Part shown: piece by piece, positions 48,594 through 58,104 of the stretch
Numbering within the stretch: the first letter of the stretch is position 1
Layout: every line of letters starts with the position of its first letter
Assembly: GCA_964429215.1 (NCBI GenBank)
Contig: CAYSAY010000001.1
Location: forward strand, 182,127 to 246,126
Direction: 5' to 3'
DNA from: an uncultured Gammaproteobacteria bacterium
GTDB taxonomy: Bacteria; Patescibacteriota; Microgenomatia; UBA8517
Length of the DNA: 64,000 nt
The notes under the pieces: model-generated
What the model was told of the DNA's origin: nothing
Database searches by the model: none
Seen by the model: only the letters and a program-made list of their open reading frames with translations
Position numbers and translations under genes: made by a program

Positions 48594-50196
48594 GAACTGG
48601 ATTTTAATTTTAATATTTATTCTTGGTCTTTCTGTTTCCTGGCCTTTGATGAAATCAGGATATTTTTCTCATCAAGATGATTTACATGTAATTAGAATAG
48701 TTGAGATGAGAAAGTGTTTCACTGATCTTCAAATTCCATGCCGTTGGGTACCTGATATGGGTTGGGGAAACGGTTTACCTATGTTTAACTTTTACGGAGT
48801 TTCGACGTATTATTTTGGTGGTATTTTAAGTTACATTTTCGGATATTTAATTTCTGCAAAAATTCTATTTTTCGTGGCATTAGTCTTAGGAAGTTTTGGT
48901 ATGTACTTGTTAGTTAACAATTTGTGGGGAAAATATGCTGGATTAATTGCAGCAGTTTTATATATGTTTGCACCTTATAAGGCACTTGATATTTATGTAC
49001 GTGGTGCATTGACCGAAGCGATAGCATTATCGATCGTGCCATTTGTTTTTTACTTTTTTCAGAAAAAAGATTACAGATATGCAACGCTATTTTTATTTTT
49101 GTTTCTAATAACACATAATATTATGACAATAATATTTTTGCCGGTTTTATTACTTTGGGTTTTTTACTTACAATTTGAAACAAAATTTAAAGATTTTAAA
49201 ATAGTTTTTACTTCATTTGCTATCGCATTTGGTATGTCTGCCTTTTTTCTATTGCCTGCATTTTTAGAAAAAGATTTGGTACAGACTGAAAGTTTAACGA
49301 GATTTGAACTTGATTATCGTGCAAACTTCATTAGTGTAAAGCAACTGTTTTTAGATAGGGCGTGGGGTTATGGAACATCTATTCCAGGACCAGAAGGGGG
49401 AATGAATTTTCAGATTGGTTGGCCACATTGGATTCTTGCTGTTTTGTCATTATCAGTAATCTTTGTTAAAAAAATAGATAAAAAAACAAAAATTTTAGTT
49501 TTATCCATATTCATGATATTTCTTATGTCAGCGTTCATGACACACAATAAATCCTCTTTTATTTGGGAAAGAATTAATGTTCTTCGTTTTTTTCAATTCC
49601 CTTGGAGATTTTTATCGTTATCAATTTTGACATCTTCAATTTTAGGTGGTTTTATTGTTTCATTGCTGAAAAATAAAATACAAATATTTGTGTGTTCTTT
49701 AGTAATAATATTAAGTTTTGTTTTAAATTGGAATTATTTTAAACCTCGAGAATTTTATGGTCTTACTGATAATGATCGATTAACAGGATTGCAGTGGGAT
49801 CAGCAACGAAAAGGAGCATTGCTAGACTACTTACCAAAGACTGCACTTGAACCAAGAGAAGGTGCGCAAACATTACCACTTGTAATTAGTGGCGAGTCTA
49901 AAGTAACTGGTTTTGTGAACAAATCAAATAGTTTTAAATTTAATATTGTGGTTAATAGTGAATCTAAAATAGAGGTGCCAGTTTATTATTTTCCAAATTG
50001 GGAGGTTTTAGTAAATGGTACAAAATATCCTTCTACACATGATAATTTATTGGGGAGAATTGCAATTAATTTAAAAGAGGGTGAATATGTAGTTACTGGA
50101 AAATTTAGAAATACGCCATTAAGAACTATGTCTAATGTGATATCGTTAATTAGTCTGTTTGGTTTAATATACTTATGGAAAAATTACAAAAAATAA
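48574..50196 (+). CDS. Paralog family C membrane protein (second copy)
   Basis: SHQDDLHVIRIVEMRKCFTDLQIPCRWVPD; same architecture as the first copy. Confidence 0.5.
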   Translation: MIQKLSKNWILILIFILGLSVSWPLMKSGYFSHQDDLHVIRIVEMRKCFTDLQIPCRWVPDMGWGNGLPMFNFYGVSTYYFGGILSYIFGYLISAKILFFVALVLGSFGMYLLVNNLWGKYAGLIAAVLYMFAPYKALDIYVRGALTEAIALSIVPFVFYFFQKKDYRYATLFLFLFLITHNIMTIIFLPVLLLWVFYLQFETKFKDFKIVFTSFAIAFGMSAFFLLPAFLEKDLVQTESLTRFELDYRANFISVKQLFLDRAWGYGTSIPGPEGGMNFQIGWPHWILAVLSLSVIFVKKIDKKTKILVLSIFMIFLMSAFMTHNKSSFIWERINVLRFFQFPWRFLSLSILTSSILGGFIVSLLKNKIQIFVCSLVIILSFVLNWNYFKPREFYGLTDNDRLTGLQWDQQRKGALLDYLPKTALEPREGAQTLPLVISGESKVTGFVNKSNSFKFNIVVNSESKIEVPVYYFPNWEVLVNGTKYPSTHDNLLGRIAINLKEGEYVVTGKFRNTPLRTMSNVISLISLFGLIYLWKNYKK

Positions 50197-51851
50197 TATC
50201 TAAAAACATTTGGTTAATAATTCTAGCACTTTCTATACCTGCTGTAAGATATTTATTCGTTTTTGGATATTTTGGAGTTTCGGATGATTTACATATAGGG
50301 TGGCTTTTTGAAATGGATAGGGCTGTAAGGAATTTACAATTCCCTCCAAGATATATTCCTGATTTATCATTTGGTTTTGGATATCCATTATTTACATTTG
50401 TATATCCTTTACCTTTTTACATCGCCGAGATGTTTCATGTTGCTGGTTTTTCATTAGTTAATAGTATTAAGCTAGTTTTTGGACTTTCAGTTCCTTTTTC
50501 TATGTACTTTATGTACAAATTGTTAAGATTGTACTCCAAAGAAGATATTTCTCTTGCTGGAGCAGTACTTTATGTCTATGCACCATATAGAGCGTTAGAA
50601 TTTTTTGTGAGAGGAACGTTAGGGGAGATAGTTGCTTTTGTTTTCTTTCCTTTGATTATTTTATCTTTCATCAAATTAACAAGTAATAATCTTTCAAATA
50701 ATGGAAAGTCATTAAAGTGGGTGGGAATTGCTGGTTTGTCACTTGCAGGCCTTGTTTTGTCGCATAATATTATGGCTTATATGTTCATGCCGTTTTTACT
50801 TTTATTTGTTATTGCTCGTGTTTTGTTTTTAGTAAAAGACAAATGGCTAATAGCTAAAGACTGTTTTGTAGCTTTCATCCTCGGTCTTCTTTCGTCAAGT
50901 TATTTTTGGGTTCCTGCAATTTTAGAGAGTAAATTAATGAAATATGACACAGTTTTTAACTTTTATGACCATTATCCAGCGCTTAAACAATTTATCAATC
51001 CATATTGGGGTTACGGGGCTTCAGTACCAGGTAATTACGACACGATGTCATTTTATATGGGAGCTGTTGGCGTTTTGGTAATAGCTTTTGGCACATTAAT
51101 TTTTGTAATAAAGCAGAAGTTGTTTTCAAAAGAAGAAAAAATATTGTTTGGTTGGTCCATTTTTACGATACTTGTATCGGTGTTCATGATGAACTTTAGA
51201 TCTGCGTGGTTTTGGAGAAACTTACCTCTTCTTCCGTATTTTCAATTTCCTTGGAGATTTTTGGCTATGATTACCTTAATGTCTCCTATTTTATTAATTG
51301 TTTTTTCAAAATTTACAAAAATTAAATTCATTTCTATTGCTGTGATTATTTTTGCAATATTTTTAAATTTTAATTATTTTAAAACAAGTGAGTATTTAGG
51401 TCGTAATGATGATTATTATATAAATAGATATATTCCAGTTCCTGTTGCAACTGAGGCATATTTTAAAACTTCAGAAGAATATTTAAGATTGCCAAATGAA
51501 ACAGAAAAACGACCAGACAAAAATTATCCTAGGGCTTTTACTGAGAGTAGTGAAGCTAAACTTGAAGTTGAAGAATTGAGCCCTTTAAATGCAATAATAA
51601 AAACAGAAAGCGAAAAAGAGTTTGTATTAAACTACAATAAATATAATTACCCGGGTTTTTTTGCAAAGATTGATGGTAATAAAGTTGAAATTAAATCAGG
51701 AAAACCTTTTGGTCAAATTTCATTTTTAGTTCCTAGTGGAAAACATGAAGTAATCGTGGGGTATAAAGAATCACCATTTAGATTGATCTTTGATATAATT
51801 TCAGCTATTGCAATTGTAATCTCAATTTATTTAATAATTAGGAAAAAATGA
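50175..51851 (+). CDS. Paralog family C membrane protein (third copy)
   Basis: VSDDLHIGWLFEMDRAVRNLQFPPRYIPD; same architecture as the other two copies. Confidence 0.5.
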   Translation: MEKLQKIISKNIWLIILALSIPAVRYLFVFGYFGVSDDLHIGWLFEMDRAVRNLQFPPRYIPDLSFGFGYPLFTFVYPLPFYIAEMFHVAGFSLVNSIKLVFGLSVPFSMYFMYKLLRLYSKEDISLAGAVLYVYAPYRALEFFVRGTLGEIVAFVFFPLIILSFIKLTSNNLSNNGKSLKWVGIAGLSLAGLVLSHNIMAYMFMPFLLLFVIARVLFLVKDKWLIAKDCFVAFILGLLSSSYFWVPAILESKLMKYDTVFNFYDHYPALKQFINPYWGYGASVPGNYDTMSFYMGAVGVLVIAFGTLIFVIKQKLFSKEEKILFGWSIFTILVSVFMMNFRSAWFWRNLPLLPYFQFPWRFLAMITLMSPILLIVFSKFTKIKFISIAVIIFAIFLNFNYFKTSEYLGRNDDYYINRYIPVPVATEAYFKTSEEYLRLPNETEKRPDKNYPRAFTESSEAKLEVEELSPLNAIIKTESEKEFVLNYNKYNYPGFFAKIDGNKVEIKSGKPFGQISFLVPSGKHEVIVGYKESPFRLIFDIISAIAIVISIYLIIRKK

Positions 51852-53092
51852 AGAAATTCGTAACAATAATTTTAACAATTGGAATAATCCTACGTATTAT
51901 TTTGTCTTTAACTACTTATCATTCTGATATTATTCCATTTGATTTTGCAGGAAAGGTTATAGCAAGCGGAAATGTTACTAATTTTTACGATTACCTCTGG
52001 GATTTACCAGATAATCATCCTTATCTAAAGGTATACCCAAGGAATTTATTTAACTACCCTCCACTTCCTTATTTCTTTTTAGGAGGAACATCTCTTTTAA
52101 CAACTTGGATAGTTGATTCAACAGTACATGATAATTTTGTATTAGATTTTCCTAAAACTTTAGGTAATCCTCAACTTAATCTGTTGCTGTTATTAATGAA
52201 GCTTCCATATTTCTTTTTTGATATAGCCATAGCATTTATGCTTATGAGCATATTCAAAACAGAAAAAGAAAAGAAGTGGGTATTCGCATTATGGATTTTT
52301 AATCCTGTTAGTCTTTATGCAACTTACATGGTTGGACAATTTGATGTAATACCAACTTTTTTAACTGTGGTTGCATTGTTATTAGCACTAAGGAAGAGTT
52401 CGTTATTACCGAGTGCGATTTTGTTAGGTCTTGGTGCTGGATTTAAGATATTTCCGTTATTGTTTATAATTCCTTTAGCCTTTGTAAAAGTGAATTGGAC
52501 AGAGAGAGTTAAGATACTTGCTGTTTCTGGTATGACTTATATAGTTGCCTCTTTTCCGTTTCTATTTTCTGAAGGTTTTAGAAGAACTGCATTACTTGCG
52601 GGACAAACTACTAAAAGTTTGTATGCTCAAATTCCAATTTCAGGTGGTGAATCTGTAATTTTATTCTTGGCTGCAACAGTATTCATTTATATTTTATTCA
52701 TGTATAAACAAACACTAGCAGTGGATTTGTGGAAAAGATTTTTTGTCATGATATTAGTCTTTTTCATATTTACTCATTTTCATCCACAGTGGTTTTTGTG
52801 GACAATGCCATTTTTTGTATTAGATTTAGTTTATACAAAGTTTAAACATTTGCCCTTGTTCGCAGGTTTATTGGCAGCATATGTTGGAATGATTAGTTTT
52901 TTTGATTCTGGTCTTTCAATTGGGTTATTTGCACCAATTAACCGAGGTTTATACAATTTGCCTGATTTCTGGAAGCTATTGGGGCTAAATTTTGATGTTA
53001 ATATGTCAAGAAGTTTATTGCATACTATTTTTGTTGGTATCTCGTTATACTATATATATTATTATTTCCCAAGAAATGATCAAAAATCTTAA
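51848..53092 (+). CDS. Polytopic membrane protein, paralog family D (NYPPLPYFFLG motif; DUF2029/GT87-like)
   Basis: Homologous to the next gene; about 11 TM helices. Confidence 0.5.
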   Translation: MKKFVTIILTIGIILRIILSLTTYHSDIIPFDFAGKVIASGNVTNFYDYLWDLPDNHPYLKVYPRNLFNYPPLPYFFLGGTSLLTTWIVDSTVHDNFVLDFPKTLGNPQLNLLLLLMKLPYFFFDIAIAFMLMSIFKTEKEKKWVFALWIFNPVSLYATYMVGQFDVIPTFLTVVALLLALRKSSLLPSAILLGLGAGFKIFPLLFIIPLAFVKVNWTERVKILAVSGMTYIVASFPFLFSEGFRRTALLAGQTTKSLYAQIPISGGESVILFLAATVFIYILFMYKQTLAVDLWKRFFVMILVFFIFTHFHPQWFLWTMPFFVLDLVYTKFKHLPLFAGLLAAYVGMISFFDSGLSIGLFAPINRGLYNLPDFWKLLGLNFDVNMSRSLLHTIFVGISLYYIYYYFPRNDQKS

Positions 53093-54284
53093 ATTAACAT
53101 TACTTTTGGTGATATCACTTCGTATTTTAGTCTCTGGTTTGCTTTTTCATCCTGATATCAAGACAATTGCATTCCAAACGTCCTTTTTGAAGCAAGGAGT
53201 TTTTAATATTTACCCATATTTAATTAATAATAGGGCAAGTTTACCTTTGAAAGAAGAATTTGTTTATTTCCCTTTAACTTATTTCACCCTCGGTAGTTAT
53301 CAGACTATAGCTACAAGTATATTGGGAAGTAATTTCACTAAGTGGCTAAATGATGCAGGGGCGAATTCTGTAGTGAATAATCCTAGCGTAATTTTATACT
53401 TAATATTTTTGAAATTGCCGTTACTGGTGACTGATATTGCGATTGCATTTTTACTTCTCAAAATTTTCAAAGACAAAAAAGAGGGTGAACAGGCATTTAC
53501 TTTGTGGTTATTTAATCCTTTTACTATTGTTTTAATCTATGCCTTTTCTAATATTGACTTGTATGCAGTTCTACTTACTTTAATTGCGTTTTTATATATA
53601 AAACGAGAAAAATTGATTACCGCCTCAGTGTTCATTGGTCTTGCAGTATCATTTAAACTTTATGCTCTCCTTTTCGTTCCATTTCTGTTTCTTAAAGCCA
53701 AGGATACTAAAGAAAAGATTTTGTCAGTAATTGTACCTATTTCTATCTTTTTGATTACAATCGTTCCATTTTTTTCACAGTCCTTTATAAACTCAGCACT
53801 CCTTTCAGGTTTGTCCACTAGGCTATTTGGACCGAGTTTTGCGATAGGGTTTGGTGAATCAGTTGTAATGGGAATATTTTTGATGACAGTATTATTTTTT
53901 GGAGGTTTTATAAATGATACAAAGGTTCATTTGTTTAACTACTTTGTGAGTTTACTTTTAATTATTTTTTCATTTTCCCACTATCATATATCATGGCTAC
54001 TTTGGATTGCGCCGTTTCTTGTAATATTGGCAGTTAAACGACCTAAACTAACTTTGCCTATATTTTTTTGGTCAGTATTTGCAATAGCTGTTCCAATGTT
54101 TTATTCAGATCGATCAATGACAATTTCTCTTTTTAGGATTTACACCACTTGGTATGATATGTTGCCTACACCGTTTTTAGTAATACAGAAGATATATGAT
54201 CCTTATATCTTCCAAAGTATGTTACATTCAGTACTAGCAGGTATATCAGTTGTTATTGCATATAAAATAAATAAAAATGATTAA
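53073..54284 (+). CDS. Paralog family D membrane protein (second copy)
   Basis: VYFPLTYFTLG...FLKLPLLVTDIAIAF parallels NYPPLPYFFLG...LMKLPYFFFDIAIAF. Start chosen at MIKNLKL. Confidence 0.5.
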   Translation, partial: EMIKNLKLTLLLVISLRILVSGLLFHPDIKTIAFQTSFLKQGVFNIYPYLINNRASLPLKEEFVYFPLTYFTLGSYQTIATSILGSNFTKWLNDAGANSVVNNPSVILYLIFLKLPLLVTDIAIAFLLLKIFKDKKEGEQAFTLWLFNPFTIVLIYAFSNIDLYAVLLTLIAFLYIKREKLITASVFIGLAVSFKLYALLFVPFLFLKAKDTKEKILSVIVPISIFLITIVPFFSQSFINSALLSGLSTRLFGPSFAIGFGESVVMGIFLMTVLFFGGFINDTKVHLFNYFVSLLLIIFSFSHYHISWLLWIAPFLVILAVKRPKLTLPIFFWSVFAIAVPMFYSDRSMTISLFRIYTTWYDMLPTPFLVIQKIYDPYIFQSMLHSVLAGISVVIAYKINKND

Positions 54285-54858
54285 CAAATCGAAATTAATA
54301 GTCTTTACAACAATTACAATTTTATTTTTGTTGTTTGTATTACCTGTCCTTATGATACTTCCTATCAGGATGGTTCCTAGTGGTGACCAGCCTGGGTATG
54401 GTGATATAGGAAGAGTATCTGTCTATGGTTTAAGGCAATTTACTCAAACGTTCAAGTCAACTGATATTAATTTAATGGCAATTGGGACTACTATTAAAAA
54501 TCCGAATTTAAAAAATAAAAAGGTTGTTAATTTTAATTTGTATGATGAAAAGAATAATTTAATTAGAGAAGTTAAACTAAATGGATTTAACATTGGAGAC
54601 GGTGATTTTGTAAAAATTGTATTTGATGTTATTCCTGATTCTAAAAACAAGAATTATAGCTTTACAATTTCATCTCCAGAAGCAAACGAAGAAGAAATAT
54701 TAGAATTATTCTTGATAGGTCCAACAGAGTCTATTTTTACCTATGCATATAACGATGAAGTTAAAGAGGGTGGAATACCTATGGTTACCTTTCATAAGCC
54801 TGAAAGTTTAGGAAAAAATATAGTTAAAATATACTCTAATATATTCTCCAAACTATAA
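54277..54858 (+). CDS. Hypothetical membrane-anchored protein
   Basis: N-terminal TM segment; no family recognised. Confidence 0.4.
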   Translation: MINKSKLIVFTTITILFLLFVLPVLMILPIRMVPSGDQPGYGDIGRVSVYGLRQFTQTFKSTDINLMAIGTTIKNPNLKNKKVVNFNLYDEKNNLIREVKLNGFNIGDGDFVKIVFDVIPDSKNKNYSFTISSPEANEEEILELFLIGPTESIFTYAYNDEVKEGGIPMVTFHKPESLGKNIVKIYSNIFSKL

Positions 54859-56707
54859 CCTCTGAGTTTTCGAATAATTTAATAAGACCAAGTGATTTAA
54901 TATCAATTTTTGGTGCGACTTCCTTAGGATAATACAAAATGTTTGAATTGGTTGATGATATGGCTGATTTAACAACGTCAGCTTTATCACTGTTAAATAT
55001 AGTTTTTTTGATTTCTAAACGAGGTCTATATTCGTATCCCATGATGTCTACTTGTTCGTAATCGTCAAAATATGTTCTTCTTGATGTTAACGCTGAAACA
55101 TATGACGTATCAAACCAGTCCCAGATATGAGGAATTGGTTTTTTTAGGTTTAAATATTCATTGTATGGAGGAGTTAAGATAACATCGTCTACATTAGTAT
55201 TATTTTTTATAAAATTAAGTGCTTCAAGTTCAGCAGCAGTAATTTTTGTGAAAGGTTGCCTTATATGGTTATCTGAGATGTAGAATTCGCGAAAGAGCTT
55301 TACTTGTGTTGGAATCATCAAAGAAAACAAGAATATCGTATATAGTATGTAGTATATTGGTTTCTTGACTCTGGCAAATATTTGAGCAGTACTAATACCG
55401 GCTAATATGCCAAATAACAAAATAAAGTATTGTAAAAATTGTGCAGTGTTACTTGCTACACCTTTTTGCAAAAAGAGTAATGGTAAAACAATTGATAGAA
55501 TAATTGAGACCTTAAATATTGCATTAGTTTTCACTAATTCCCATAAACCTAGAAATCTCATTCCTAAATTTCCAAAGAAGAAAATTAAAAAGCCCATTCC
55601 TTCAAGCCAGATTACGCGTTTCCAGTTGTGTTCATATATATATGTTTGGCGTCTTAATTCCCAATCCAAAAGGTTAAGTCTTGAAGGTTCTACTATCATT
55701 GTCCTTATATACCACCAAGGTTCGTAAATCAAAAATGATCCAGTGTTTGAAGAGTTAGGAATGTATAGGGCAAGTGCCACGATTCCACTTAAAAGAGAAA
55801 GTAAAAATAGTCTTCTGTCTTTGTTAAAAATTAATTTCCATGTACCAATAATTGATAATGTGCCAAGCAGGATTACTCCTGCATATATTTTAAAGGCTGA
55901 TATTGTTCCTAGTAAAATAAGTGAAATTAAAAAGTACTTTTTTTGTAATCTTTTCTCTTTTTGATCGAGAAAAACTACGCAATAGTAAATGCTCGCTAAA
56001 AATAAAAAATTAGAGATTATTTGGGGAGGATTACCACTAGAACTTTGAATTTGAGTAGCCCAGAAGACGCTTTCTCCCTTTCCAATCAAATATCCAAAAC
56101 TACCTGCAAAATATGTAAATATGGTTGCCCATATTGAAGCTGAAAAGTTATTTGTTAGTTTTTTTGTCAAATAATAAACAGAAGCTCCAAGAAATAATGA
56201 ATAAATTAATGGGAATATTTTAAAATATAAATTTTCATTTGAAATGCCTGTGTATTTACTAACTATGGTTGGTAATATATCTGAAAAAAAATGATAATTT
56301 TTAAGCGGTGTTCCGGCAAAAATTGGATTTTGGAACGGATAACCTTTCTTAATTTCCTCCATTAATGCCATGTGCCAAGTACCATCATGACCATGGGCGC
56401 TCCAGAAGACTAAATCTCCTGAATTATTGTATGTGCCACTTGGTGAAATGATTGCAATTTGACTAATAATTCCAATAGTGAATATTAAAATAACAATTAT
56501 TGTTTGTATGTTTAATTTGATTTTTATACTTTTAAATCTTTTAACTAAAGAGCGAAAATTGAATACAATCGTTAAAAATAAAACTGGTATGATTAAGTAG
56601 GGAATATTTAGTACAATAAAGATATATGAAACCAGAGTTGCAAGGGAAAATGCAAAAATCGAACCCATTAACAAGCTTTCCATTTGCAAATTATATACTA
56701 ATTGCAA
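54836..56707 (-). CDS. Polytopic membrane protein, paralog family B (inverted copy of the 38744 gene)
   Basis: VFWSAHGHDGTWHMAL...PIFAGTPLKNYHFF aligns with the 38744 product. The 5' end is uncertain because the ORF overlaps the divergent gene at 56650. Confidence 0.5.
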   Translation of the reverse strand: MQLVYNLQMESLLMGSIFAFSLATLVSYIFIVLNIPYLIIPVLFLTIVFNFRSLVKRFKSIKIKLNIQTIIVILIFTIGIISQIAIISPSGTYNNSGDLVFWSAHGHDGTWHMALMEEIKKGYPFQNPIFAGTPLKNYHFFSDILPTIVSKYTGISNENLYFKIFPLIYSLFLGASVYYLTKKLTNNFSASIWATIFTYFAGSFGYLIGKGESVFWATQIQSSSGNPPQIISNFLFLASIYYCVVFLDQKEKRLQKKYFLISLILLGTISAFKIYAGVILLGTLSIIGTWKLIFNKDRRLFLLSLLSGIVALALYIPNSSNTGSFLIYEPWWYIRTMIVEPSRLNLLDWELRRQTYIYEHNWKRVIWLEGMGFLIFFFGNLGMRFLGLWELVKTNAIFKVSIILSIVLPLLFLQKGVASNTAQFLQYFILLFGILAGISTAQIFARVKKPIYYILYTIFLFSLMIPTQVKLFREFYISDNHIRQPFTKITAAELEALNFIKNNTNVDDVILTPPYNEYLNLKKPIPHIWDWFDTSYVSALTSRRTYFDDYEQVDIMGYEYRPRLEIKKTIFNSDKADVVKSAISSTNSNILYYPKEVAPKIDIKSLGLIKLFENSEVIVWRIY

Positions 56708-58104
56708 TATTAATATTAGGCTTCATTTTAAGAGTGTATAAGATTAACTCACTTCCTATATACGGTGATGAACTTACAATTGTTTACGATAGTTATAGCT
56801 TACTAAAAACTGGCCGTGATCAAACAGGTGAATTTTTGCCAATTACATTTAAAATGGGAGCAGGTAGGCCTGCTGGATACGTTTACGGAAGTATACCGTT
56901 TGTTGCTTTATTTGGTCCTACAGCACTCGGAGTACGTGGATTGTCTCTGCTTTCTGGTCTTGGAATTATAGTAATAATGTATTTTCTGGGAAAGAAAATC
57001 TTTGGCCCGCCTGCCGGCGAGGCGGGTGAAAAAATTGGGCTTATTGCAAGCTTTTTAACAGCTATTTCATCTTGGGATATTTATTTATCCAGAGCAGGTT
57101 TTGAAGCACATTTTGCACTATTATTAACGCTTGCTGGAGTACTTTTGTTTTTACATAGAAGGTATATGGTAATGGCTATTCTTTTTGGACTAGCCGCTTT
57201 TACATATCCCACATTTAAATTAACAATACCATTATTGGGTGTTATTTTACTTTTGTATTCAGGGTTTAAGAGTGTTGTTTATCAGAAATCATTTTTAATT
57301 TCTCTTGTTGTTCTTGTATTATTTGCTGGATTTAATTTACGTGAAACTATTAAAGGTGTTTCGGAAGAAAGATTTATGAGGTTAAACATTCTCGCTGACT
57401 CGAATGTAAAAGAAGAAGTCATCCAAAATATCAATGAGCAGAGAAAACTATCAAGCCTTCCTGAATCGATTAAACCATATATTTACAATAAACCGTTTAG
57501 ATATACTAGGATTTTATTTGAGAATTATATTGAAAATTTGTCACCTCAATTTTTATATTTAAGAGGTGATAGAAATCCAAGGCATAATCCTGGCGAGTGG
57601 GGAATGATGTATTTAATAGATATTCCATTACTGTTTACAGGTCTGTATTATTTGGCCAAATTAGAAAAAAAGAATTTAGTTTTTCTTGTTTTGTGGATTT
57701 TGATTGTTCCTCTTGCTACTATGCTTCTCGGTCAAACGCATGCTTTGAGAAATAATTTAATGTTGCCTCCTCTAATTTTAATTTCTGCTTTTGCTTTAGC
57801 AAATTTACCCAAATTGTTTTCTACAATAGCTCTTTTAATTATGGGAACACAGTTAATTTTTGTATTAATGGCTGTTTATTTTTATGCCCCACATAAATTT
57901 GGTTCATTTTGGTCAATTGACGCAAAAAATGCATCGTTAACGGCTATTGGACAAGACAAAAGTAAACAAGTGGTTCTTTCTACAAAAATTGGGGATATCG
58001 AATATGCTTATCCAGTTTACGCCAAAATTGATCCAAGACTTGTAATTTCTCAATATCAAAAATGGCCAAAAGTTTATGGCAATGTAATTATTACAAATGA
58101 ATAA
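56650..58104 (+). CDS. ArnT/PMT-like GT-C membrane glycosyltransferase (tandem copy 1 of 4)
   Basis: LRVYKINSLPIYGDELTIVYDSYSLLKTGRDQTGEF; DE loop motif. Start at the ATG at 56650 by alignment with its paralogs. Confidence 0.6.
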   Translation: MQKSNPLTSFPFANYILIAILILGFILRVYKINSLPIYGDELTIVYDSYSLLKTGRDQTGEFLPITFKMGAGRPAGYVYGSIPFVALFGPTALGVRGLSLLSGLGIIVIMYFLGKKIFGPPAGEAGEKIGLIASFLTAISSWDIYLSRAGFEAHFALLLTLAGVLLFLHRRYMVMAILFGLAAFTYPTFKLTIPLLGVILLLYSGFKSVVYQKSFLISLVVLVLFAGFNLRETIKGVSEERFMRLNILADSNVKEEVIQNINEQRKLSSLPESIKPYIYNKPFRYTRILFENYIENLSPQFLYLRGDRNPRHNPGEWGMMYLIDIPLLFTGLYYLAKLEKKNLVFLVLWILIVPLATMLLGQTHALRNNLMLPPLILISAFALANLPKLFSTIALLIMGTQLIFVLMAVYFYAPHKFGSFWSIDAKNASLTAIGQDKSKQVVLSTKIGDIEYAYPVYAKIDPRLVISQYQKWPKVYGNVIITNE

